Positions 47,487 to 56,488 of a DNA stretch of 64,000 nucleotides are shown one piece after another. Numbering within the stretch: the stretch's first letter is position 1; each line of letters begins with the position of its first letter. The translations under genes were made by a program, and so were the position numbers. The stretch is from Spirochaetota bacterium. GTDB lineage: Bacteria > Spirochaetota > Spirochaetia > Treponematales > UBA12059. The stretch lies in the NCBI GenBank assembly GCA_018816345.1, contig JAHIWG010000097.1, positions 463-64,462 of the forward strand, given 5' to 3'. The notes under the pieces were generated by a model. The model made no database searches, was not told the DNA's origin, and saw only the letters and a program-made list of their open reading frames with translations.

Positions 47487-47491
47487 GCGGC

Positions 47492-48388
47492 ATGGAATGG
47501 TCCCTGGTCCTTTCCGGCGGCGGGGCCAGGGGCCTCGCGCACATAGGCGTCATACGGGCGCTCGAGAGGCGCGGGGTCCCGAGGCCGTCGTTCATCGCCG
47601 GCACGTCCATGGGCGCCGTCATAGGAGCCATGTACGCGCTGGGATGGGACTCGGCCAAGATGGAGGCCTACGCTCTCGGGTTCGAGATGAAGGACTTCAT
47701 GGAGAATCCCGCCTTCAGGCTGCCGGATATCGCGCTATCGCGCCTCGTCCAGGCCGGGACGGCCTTCGGGTCGGTCCTACGGGGCCAGGGCGTCGACTCT
47801 GGCAAGAAAGCGCGCGCGGAGCTCGGCCGCATCTTCGGCGAGGTCTCGATCGAGAGCCTGGCCACGCCGTTCGCGTGCGTCGCCAGCGACCTCGTCAGCG
47901 GCCAGGCCGTCGTCCAGGCGGCGGGGAACCTGGCGGACGCGGTGCGCGCCTCCATATCGTTCCCCGGCGTCTTCGCGCCGGTACGCCGCGACGGCATGGT
48001 GCTGGTAGACGGCGGCGTGCTGGATAACATGCCGTGCGACGTCGCGCGGGAGCGCGGCCGTGGCCGCGTGCTCGCGTCCGACGTCTCCCCGTTCGAGGTC
48101 GCGGAACCGGAGAGCATCGCCAAGGGCATGGGCGTGCTCCTCCGCTGCTTCGACATAGCGACCGAGCGCGCGCAAGGCCCGATAGGCGACCTGGCCGACC
48201 TGACGATCACGACCTACGACCGTCGCGCGGCCTTCGACTTCGACCGGGCGGACGCCGTAATCGCCCTGGGAGCGCGCTCCGCGGAGGCGCGCGCGGCGGA
48301 CATCGACCGATTCTTCGCGGGCGGACCTTCCCGCTGGGCCAGGTTTATAGATAAGCTATTCCCATGGAAGCGTTCACGCGTTCGATAG
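47492..48388 (+). CDS. Patatin-like phospholipase
   Basis: [13 protein letters not shown] (oxyanion), GTSMGAVIG (GxSxG) and DGGVLDNMP (catalytic Asp). Confidence 0.85.
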   Translation: MEWSLVLSGGGARGLAHIGVIRALERRGVPRPSFIAGTSMGAVIGAMYALGWDSAKMEAYALGFEMKDFMENPAFRLPDIALSRLVQAGTAFGSVLRGQGVDSGKKARAELGRIFGEVSIESLATPFACVASDLVSGQAVVQAAGNLADAVRASISFPGVFAPVRRDGMVLVDGGVLDNMPCDVARERGRGRVLASDVSPFEVAEPESIAKGMGVLLRCFDIATERAQGPIGDLADLTITTYDRRAAFDFDRADAVIALGARSAEARAADIDRFFAGGPSRWARFIDKLFPWKRSRVR

Positions 48389-49284
48389 AGGCGCTCATAG
48401 GCTCGTACGAGTCCTCGGGCGGCATCAACCACAGGACCGGGCAGAACCTGCCGTCGAAGGAGGCGATACACGCTATCGTCGCCGACCTCGAGACCCTGGC
48501 CTTCCCCGGGTATCGCCAGGAGGACGGCATCGACGATACTAACGCCGCCTTCGTCATAGGCGAGCTGTCTCACCGCGTCGCCAGGGCACTGGTCAACGAG
48601 GTCTCCAAGAGCCTGGAATACGGCTATAGGGTCGCCGGACGCTCCGGCTGCCCGGCCGCCTGCCACCTCGAGGCCCTGGAGGCCGTTCAGGACCTCTTCG
48701 AGGCGATGCCGCGCCTGCGGTCAGTTCTCATGGGCGACGTTTCGGCCGCGTTCGACGGCGACCCCGCGGCCAAGTCGACGGAGGAAGTCATACTGTCCTA
48801 TCCGGGGCTGGAGGCCCTGACCGTGCACCGCTTCGCGCACTTCCTATGGGACAGGGGCGTGCCGCTCATTCCCAGGATGATGAGCGAGTACGTCCACGCC
48901 AAGACCGGCATCGACATACACCCAGGCGCGACCATCGGCGAGCGCTTCTTCATAGACCACGGCACCGGCGTCGTGATCGGAGAGACCACGGTCATAGGGA
49001 AAGGCGTCAAGCTGTACCAGGGCGTCACGCTGGGCGCCCTGAGCGTGCGGAAGAGCGAAGGGGACCAGAAGCGGCACCCTACGATCGAGGACGGCGTGAC
49101 GATATACTCGGGAGCGACTATACTAGGCGGCGATACCGTCATCGGGGCCGGAAGCGTCGTCGGGGGCAACGTGTGGCTAACCACGTCGCTGCCTCCCGGC
49201 TCCCGGGTCTACGTGCCCCAGGGCGATTTCGTCGTGGATTGCCGCGGCGAGCAGGGCGCCGTAAGGGACGCCTGCGAGTCCTGA
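48364..49284 (+). CDS. cysE: Serine O-acetyltransferase
   Basis: SATase N-terminal helical domain plus hexapeptide region [27 protein letters not shown]. Overlaps the patatin 3' end by 25 nt. Confidence 0.85.
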   Translation: MEAFTRSIEALIGSYESSGGINHRTGQNLPSKEAIHAIVADLETLAFPGYRQEDGIDDTNAAFVIGELSHRVARALVNEVSKSLEYGYRVAGRSGCPAACHLEALEAVQDLFEAMPRLRSVLMGDVSAAFDGDPAAKSTEEVILSYPGLEALTVHRFAHFLWDRGVPLIPRMMSEYVHAKTGIDIHPGATIGERFFIDHGTGVVIGETTVIGKGVKLYQGVTLGALSVRKSEGDQKRHPTIEDGVTIYSGATILGGDTVIGAGSVVGGNVWLTTSLPPGSRVYVPQGDFVVDCRGEQGAVRDACES

Positions 49285-49317
49285 GCCCGCGGGCACCGGG
49301 CCCGCGGACCCGCGATG

Positions 49318-49902
49318 TCAGGTATCGAAAAGCACGATCTTACCGCCTTCGGAGCGCTTGATGGTATCGAGGTAGGCCTCTTCCTCGCGCTCCACCGTCG
49401 TGGCCATGGTACCGGCGATCCTCTTCAATAGCACCTTGCCCGTCTTGGCGAAGAAGAATATCTTGCGCGGCAGGATGCCCCCCGTATCGTTGGCCACCAC
49501 GGGAATATTCTCCTTCTTGAGGAACTCGACGGCGAAGTCTATGTTGCTCTTCGGGATCTTCGTAGGCCCGGAGGCGAGCCTGAGCACCGACGCTCCGCCG
49601 AAGATCTTGGCTACGATATCGCCCTTCTTCGAGCCCTCCTTCATGAGCCCGTTGTACAGGAGCTCTATCGCGAACATGCCGTACTTGGCGTTCTTGTTGC
49701 GTATCATATCCTCGTCGTCCAGGTCGCCGGGGAGCATGAAATGGTTGATGCCCCCCTGCCTGAGGCGCTGATCCCAGAAAGCCACGGATACGCAGGACCC
49801 GAGCACCGTGGCGATGATTATGTCGTCGCCCGATACGAAGTACTCGCCGGGGTGTATCGTGATGATGTTCTGCTCGAACCTGCTTAGCTTATGAGTAAAC
49901 AA
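49318..49902 (-). CDS. cheD: Chemoreceptor glutamine deamidase CheD
   Basis: TTG start. Motifs TVLGSCVSVAFWD and GGINHFMLPG. Confidence 0.85.
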   Translation of the reverse strand: MFTHKLSRFEQNIITIHPGEYFVSGDDIIIATVLGSCVSVAFWDQRLRQGGINHFMLPGDLDDEDMIRNKNAKYGMFAIELLYNGLMKEGSKKGDIVAKIFGGASVLRLASGPTKIPKSNIDFAVEFLKKENIPVVANDTGGILPRKIFFFAKTGKVLLKRIAGTMATTVEREEEAYLDTIKRSEGGKIVLFDT

Positions 49903-49929
49903 GAATCCCCCAACGGCTGTCGCGCGCGG

Positions 49930-51660
49930 CTAGAATAGCGTGACGTCCCCCGACTCGGCGGTAGAGTCGTCGACGTCGGCGTCGAGCCGCGTCAGGCGAG
50001 CGGCCGTCTGCTTATGCTCGAATATCGTGAACCTATCGACGATCGCCTTGAGCCGTTCACTATGGATATTCGAGGCGGACGCCCTGTCGCTCGAGCCCGG
50101 CGACGCGGACGCGTACGCGGATAGCGCGTCGCGCATGCCTTCAAGCTCGCCCGCGAGCGTCGCTATGCGTTCGACCGCCTCCGACGCCTCGCGTATCGCG
50201 TTGGCGAAATCGTCCGAGAAGGGCTTGAATTCTGATTCCGTTGTCCATAGCCTCGCGCGGGACTCCCCTATCCGGTCGAATTCGGCCCGGAGGCCGCTGG
50301 TCTCGGCCTTGAGCACGGCCATGCTCTCGGCGGCGCCGGACAGGTAGTCTGACATGCCGGTGGATAGCGTCTTGCCGAACGAGCGGGTAACGCCGCCGGC
50401 GGCGGTCACGTCCTCGGTCAGGCGTTCGGTCAGGTCCATCATGCCCTCGACCGTCGTCGATACGATGGCGAGCGCCTTGTTCCTGGCGGTCTCTATCCTG
50501 GACGCGGTGACTATGCTCTTGAACCTGGCGAGGATGGCGTTCATCTCCTTGAACCGCTCGTCGAGGCGGCGAACGCCGACGGATATGGCCGAGGCCTCCG
50601 CGATGGCTATTTCCTTAGCGGCGATATAGGCCCCGGCCTTCGATTCGTAGGCGCGACCGATGCCTGACTCGTTCCGCCCGGACACGATGGCGCCGCGCGC
50701 GGATTCTACCGAGGACATGACCGAGTTGACGCCAGAGATGCCGGAATTGAATCGCTCGAGGCTCGCCCGCACCTGGGCGCTGACGTCGTCGAGCAGGGAC
50801 GCCGATAGCTTGGTAATCTCCACGAGGAAGGCCTGTTCCTCCTCGGGATCGATGCTCTCCTGCGCGCCCGCGGCGCCGTCCGGCTCCGCGGCGCGTAGCG
50901 AAAGCCTGACGTGATCGAGCGATTGGCGGATGATATCCTGGAGCTGGACTTCCTGCATTATGGAAGCGATAGGCGACCTCACGCTCGCGGCTTCCAAGGA
51001 GAGCGCGCGTATATCGCGCGCGGCGTCGTCGACCTCGCGATCCAGCGCGACGAAACCGGTCTCGAGCGCCTCCTTGGCGGACTTGAAGAACGTGTCCTGG
51101 GTCTCGGAAAGCGAGCTAAGCGTCGACCTCAGGGCGTCGAGGCGCTCGAGCAGGTTGTAACCGGTCTTGGACAGGTCGTCGGCGTGCCGTATAGTGCGGC
51201 CGGAGAGGCGCTTCAGCTCGTCGGTTATAACGGAGAAGGCTCGGCCGGCCGCCCCCGACTTGAGGGCTACGGTCATCGCGTTCAGCGAGACTATCTCCAT
51301 CTCCTCGGAGTCCGCCCGTATGCGGTTGATGATATCGTCTAGCCGCGAGAGGCTCTGTATCCCGTCCTCGACGCCGCGAAGGAACGTCTGCTCTGTCCTG
51401 GAAGCCTTCTGGAAGAACCTCGTCGCGTCCTCGATGAAGTCCTCGGATCGCCTCTTCGCCGCCTCGGCGCTCACGCCGCTGCGATGCTGGGCGATGACCG
51501 AGGATATGGCGGCCTCGGCGCCGCGGGAGCTCGAGTCCACGGCGTTCTTGACCGTCTGGAATACCTTACCGAGGCGCAGGTAAATTGATTCCGTCTCGCG
51601 CTCGATGACGTCGATCCTATCGACCAGGTCGAGCACCGACGCCGTTACAGCTTCGATCAT
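49930..51660 (-). CDS. Soluble coiled-coil protein with a degenerate MCP signalling-tip segment
   Basis: ATG at 51660 (MIEAVTASVLD). No TM or HAMP domain. EEMEIVSLNAMTVALKSGAAGRAFSVITDELKRLSGRT resembles the MCP hairpin tip but is strongly diverged. Located 27 nt upstream of cheD. Confidence 0.6.
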   Translation of the reverse strand: MIEAVTASVLDLVDRIDVIERETESIYLRLGKVFQTVKNAVDSSSRGAEAAISSVIAQHRSGVSAEAAKRRSEDFIEDATRFFQKASRTEQTFLRGVEDGIQSLSRLDDIINRIRADSEEMEIVSLNAMTVALKSGAAGRAFSVITDELKRLSGRTIRHADDLSKTGYNLLERLDALRSTLSSLSETQDTFFKSAKEALETGFVALDREVDDAARDIRALSLEAASVRSPIASIMQEVQLQDIIRQSLDHVRLSLRAAEPDGAAGAQESIDPEEEQAFLVEITKLSASLLDDVSAQVRASLERFNSGISGVNSVMSSVESARGAIVSGRNESGIGRAYESKAGAYIAAKEIAIAEASAISVGVRRLDERFKEMNAILARFKSIVTASRIETARNKALAIVSTTVEGMMDLTERLTEDVTAAGGVTRSFGKTLSTGMSDYLSGAAESMAVLKAETSGLRAEFDRIGESRARLWTTESEFKPFSDDFANAIREASEAVERIATLAGELEGMRDALSAYASASPGSSDRASASNIHSERLKAIVDRFTIFEHKQTAARLTRLDADVDDSTAESGDVTLF

Positions 51661-51789
51661 GCTACCACTATAAGTTAACAGGTGCCATCCTCGCAAGGAC
51701 GGCGCCGGAGAAACGCGCCCCAGGGCCTGAAGAAAGCGGTTCGGCGCCGCGTCGGAACGGCTAGCCCCCGGATCCGCGCCTAATAGAAC

Positions 51790-51810
51790 GGGCCGCCCCA
51801 AGGGCGGCCC
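51790..51810 (-). terminator. GC hairpin downstream of the ABC ATPase gene
   Basis: 9-10-bp stem gggccgccc / gggcggccc with a 3-nt loop. On the minus strand it is followed by GTTCTATT. Confidence 0.4.
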
Positions 51811-51845
51811 GCCGTCGTATCTCGCGCCCCGGGGGCGCCATTAGC

Positions 51846-52970
<1,125 letters not shown>

Positions 52971-53007
52971 TGGCCCTCCCCTTCTAGAGGTTATCTTATT
53001 GCCTGCC

Positions 53008-53077
53008 AGTGTACGGGCGATCCCGGTTATTGTCAAACGGAACGTCCCTTGACAACCTAGGCTCCGTCCCCGACAAT
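53008..53077. promoter_or_regulatory. Back-to-back divergent promoters whose -35 boxes form a 7-bp inverted repeat (ttgtcaa-N12-ttgacaa)
   Basis: Plus strand: TTGACA 53049-54, a 17-nt spacer, GACAAT 53072-77. Minus strand: TTGACA (rc of 53031-36), a 17-nt spacer, TACACT (rc of 53008-13). The IR arms lie at 53030-36 and 53049-55. Confidence 0.4.
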
Positions 53078-53208
53078 GGCCGGACACCGTTCCTTCGAGC
53101 CCTCCCTCCTAACGGCGCCGCGCCTCCCGCGCCAGCCCACGGAGGCCGGGCCATAGGGCCGGGGGCGGAAACGCCCCGACCTTCCGCGCTTGAAAAGGAG
53201 GACGCGAG

Positions 53209-54690
53209 GTGAGCCGCAGCATACCCGCGCTCGTCGCGCTACTCGCGCTACGAATAACCACTCAGGCCGGAGCCGCTCCGCTCGAGCTATCGTATAACGG
53301 GGCGAGCCTTCCCTCCGTCGGCTCGGCGTCGCTATCGCGGGCCGTCCCTACCGGCGTCCCAGGCGAGCGCGGCGCGAGCCTGGGCGAGTTGTTCCCTCCC
53401 CAGCTCGAGGCCTGGCGGCTGGAGCTGCGGACCGCCTCGGGCCCCGTGGTCGTCGACGCCGACGACCTGGGCGACCGGCTCTACGGCATCTACGCCGTGG
53501 AGGCGGGCCCGGGCTGGGACGTCGTCCTCGACCCGGGCCCCGGCGGCCGTCGCGAGCGAGTGGCCCGCGTTACGGCCCTGGGGCTGCGCGGCGAGCCCTG
53601 CCCGGAGCGCGCGCTCGAGGTATGGGTCTCGTGGGAAGGCGTGCCGGAGCTCAAGGCGGTGATACGGCGATGGGCCGAGCGCGCCGGCGTGAAGGCCAAG
53701 GTCGTCGACGTGCCGTCCGTCAAGAGCAAGCTCGTTACCGTCCTCAGGGGCGGCGGCAAGGTCCCCGACCTCGTCATGGTGCAATCGGATTACCTTCCCG
53801 ACCTGGCCCAGGCCGGGGCCCTCCAGCCCCTAGGGAGCCTCCGCCTGCCCGCTTCCGGTACCAAGGGCGAGCGGGCATTCACGCTGGGAGGGAGCCTCCT
53901 CGCGGCGCCGTTCTACTGCGACGCCCAGCTCGTCTTCTATTCATCGTCGCTCGTGCGCCCCGCGCCTCCGGCCGATTGGACGCTCGGCGACATGGAGCGC
54001 CTGGCGGAGGCCTCGGGCGCGCGCGTCGGCGCGGCCTGGAACGCCTATTCCGCGTACTGGTTCCTGCCCTTCGTCCTAGGCTTCGGTAAGGATTCCCTAA
54101 TCGCGCCGGACGGGCGCATGGGCGTGCGCCACCCGGCCTACGCGAAGGCCCTCGGCTACCTGAAGGAGGCGCAGTCGCGCGGATTCCTGTCAGCGATGGA
54201 GCGCGACGCGATGATGGCCTACTTCACCTCGGGCAAGGCCGCCTTCATACTCTCGGGCTCGTACAGCGTGCCGGAATTCAGGCGCCTGGGCATCCCCTTC
54301 GGCGTCGCGCCCTTCCCCCTCTCGTCGGCGGGAGGCAAGCGCGTGGCCCCGCTCCTCGACTACAAGGGCTGGGCCGTCACGAGGACGAGCAAGAGCCCGG
54401 CGCTGGCCCGCCGCCTCGCCCAGTACCTCTCCGAGGCCGGCGTCCAGGCGGAGTTCTGCTCGTCGCAAGGCAAGATCCCCGCGAACGAGGACGCCTGGGA
54501 GCTCTTGCCCGCCGGAGACCCGTACCAGGCCGTGATACGGGCCAGCTACGACGCGGGCGTCGCCGTCCCCCCCGATCCCGCGTACGGCGACTTCAAGAAC
54601 GCGTCGTGGAAGCTACTCAGGCTATTCCTGTCGGGCTCCACGAGCGCCGATGAGACCCTGGCGGCTCTCGCGACGATACTCGGAGAATAG
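53209..54690 (+). CDS. Family-1 extracellular solute-binding protein with an N-terminal extension of about 125 aa
   Basis: GTG start after AAGGAGG, with a signal peptide. The SBP core starts near LEVWVSWEGVPELKAVIRRWAE. Typical sugar-SBP C-terminal segments (AAFILSGSY, GVAPFP) are present. Confidence 0.8.
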   Translation: MSRSIPALVALLALRITTQAGAAPLELSYNGASLPSVGSASLSRAVPTGVPGERGASLGELFPPQLEAWRLELRTASGPVVVDADDLGDRLYGIYAVEAGPGWDVVLDPGPGGRRERVARVTALGLRGEPCPERALEVWVSWEGVPELKAVIRRWAERAGVKAKVVDVPSVKSKLVTVLRGGGKVPDLVMVQSDYLPDLAQAGALQPLGSLRLPASGTKGERAFTLGGSLLAAPFYCDAQLVFYSSSLVRPAPPADWTLGDMERLAEASGARVGAAWNAYSAYWFLPFVLGFGKDSLIAPDGRMGVRHPAYAKALGYLKEAQSRGFLSAMERDAMMAYFTSGKAAFILSGSYSVPEFRRLGIPFGVAPFPLSSAGGKRVAPLLDYKGWAVTRTSKSPALARRLAQYLSEAGVQAEFCSSQGKIPANEDAWELLPAGDPYQAVIRASYDAGVAVPPDPAYGDFKNASWKLLRLFLSGSTSADETLAALATILGE

Positions 54691-54743
54691 GAGTCGGAAT
54701 GAGAATTATACGGAGAGAAAACACTATACCAAGGAGCACGACG

Positions 54744-56279
54744 ATGATCAGGATCACAGCACGCCCGGGCAGGGCGTTAGCCCTGGCGACCGCGCTAGCG
54801 ACCGCGCTGACGCTCGGCGCCGGCCTGGCTGGATGCGTCAGCCAGGAGCCCGCGGCCGAGGCCGCGGAAGCGGCGGCGGAGCAGGAGAGCGACGCGACCA
54901 GCGCGGCCACCGGGGACTGGGAGGAAGGCTCCTCGGGCGCCAAGTCTGACCAATCCTACCAGGACGGCTCGGGATGGTCGGTATCGCTCAAAGGCGTCAG
55001 GGAGGCCGAGCTCTACCAGAGCTACTTCGACGACGCGAAGAAGCACGCCAGCCACTACGTCGAGAAGGTCGTCGAGAAGAAGGGCGTCAAGACGAGCTAC
55101 CGCGGCATGCCCCTGCGGCTCGCGATAGCCATGGTAGACGGGACCGAGAAGGACCACGCGTGGCTATTCGACGAGCAGCTATGGGCCGCGGGCTACGACG
55201 TGACGCTGATAGCCAAGGACGGCTACTCGGCTACCTTCAACACGAAGGACCTAGCTCCAGGCGCCCTCGTCATCGCCGACCTGGAGGACGGGAAGCCCAT
55301 AGCGCCGATGATAGTAGGCGATTCCCTCAAGAACCTCTGGGTCCGCGACCTCGCGCGCATAGAGACGTCGCTCGCGCCCAGCGCCCTCGTCGCCGCGGCG
55401 GCCTCCTTCTCGCTGGACATAGACATCAACGGCGCCAAGGCCAGCTTCAGCCTCGCCGAGCTCGAGAAGCTCCCGATATACACCGAGGGCAGGGGCGCCT
55501 ATACGACGAGCGCCGGGACCCGCTACGAGGGCGTCTACGGCGGCGTCAGGCTCCTCGATCTCCTCCGAAGCTATGCGGAGATAGCGGCCGACGATTCCGT
55601 CACCTTCGTCGCGATGGACGGCTACGAGATGAGTTACCCGGGCAAGACGGTGCTCGACTCCAAGGACGGCGAATGGCTGCTCGCGTTCAGGCTCGACGGC
55701 GACTACCTGCCCAAGGACCCGGGCTACGTGCGGACCATCAAGGTGGGGCCGGGCACGCCGAACGTCGACGGCCACCTCTCGGTACGCATGGTCAAGAAGA
55801 TAGTCGTCAAGCAGAAGGATTTCGTCGACTTCGAGCTGAAGCTCTCGGGCAAGATGGCCTTCGACCTGGACCGCTCCACGGTGCAGAGCTGCGTCAGCTG
55901 CCACAAGAGGACCGTCACCTTCGAGAAGAAGGGCGAGGTCGCCGAGTATACCGGCTTCCCGCTCTGGCTACTCCTGGGCTACGTCGACGACGCCAAGTAC
56001 GCGCCCCATAAGCAGGACGCGTCGATCGCCCCGTACAGCGACGCGGCCGCCGACGCCGGCTACGCCATCGACCTCGTCGCCGCGGACGGCTTCAAGGTCA
56101 GCGTCGATAGCCGGGAGGTGACGCGCAACGACGATCTGATAGTCGCCATGTACAAGAACGGCGAGAAGCTCCCCGCCGGCGAGGCTCCGCTCGTCCTCGT
56201 ATGGGACCGCGCCGCTAAGAAGGTGCCGGCGGGCGTCAAGAACATCAAGATGCTCGCTAGCGTCGGGGCGCGCTTCTGA
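54744..56279 (+). CDS. Predicted lipoprotein with three internal repeats and a single CXXCH motif
   Basis: ATG at 54744 gives [31 protein letters not shown] (lipobox). Three modules of about 140 aa are visible by eye. The only two mature-protein cysteines form CVSCH (55890-55904). Confidence 0.7.
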   Translation: MIRITARPGRALALATALATALTLGAGLAGCVSQEPAAEAAEAAAEQESDATSAATGDWEEGSSGAKSDQSYQDGSGWSVSLKGVREAELYQSYFDDAKKHASHYVEKVVEKKGVKTSYRGMPLRLAIAMVDGTEKDHAWLFDEQLWAAGYDVTLIAKDGYSATFNTKDLAPGALVIADLEDGKPIAPMIVGDSLKNLWVRDLARIETSLAPSALVAAAASFSLDIDINGAKASFSLAELEKLPIYTEGRGAYTTSAGTRYEGVYGGVRLLDLLRSYAEIAADDSVTFVAMDGYEMSYPGKTVLDSKDGEWLLAFRLDGDYLPKDPGYVRTIKVGPGTPNVDGHLSVRMVKKIVVKQKDFVDFELKLSGKMAFDLDRSTVQSCVSCHKRTVTFEKKGEVAEYTGFPLWLLLGYVDDAKYAPHKQDASIAPYSDAAADAGYAIDLVAADGFKVSVDSREVTRNDDLIVAMYKNGEKLPAGEAPLVLVWDRAAKKVPAGVKNIKMLASVGARF

Positions 56280-56488
56280 CGCGCTGCCGCCTAGGGCCCA
56301 GGACGGCGGCCTCGCGCCACCTCCTGGGCCCCGCGGCCGACTACCTGCGCCTCGCGCCGCTCGCGGTCCTCGTCGTCCTGGCGGGGGCCGCGCCTTTCTT
56401 CTCCGCCCTGCGGCAGAGCTTCTTCATAAGCGGCGCCTTCGCGGGGGCGGCCAATTACGCTACCCTGTTCGCCGATAAGGGCTTCCCC

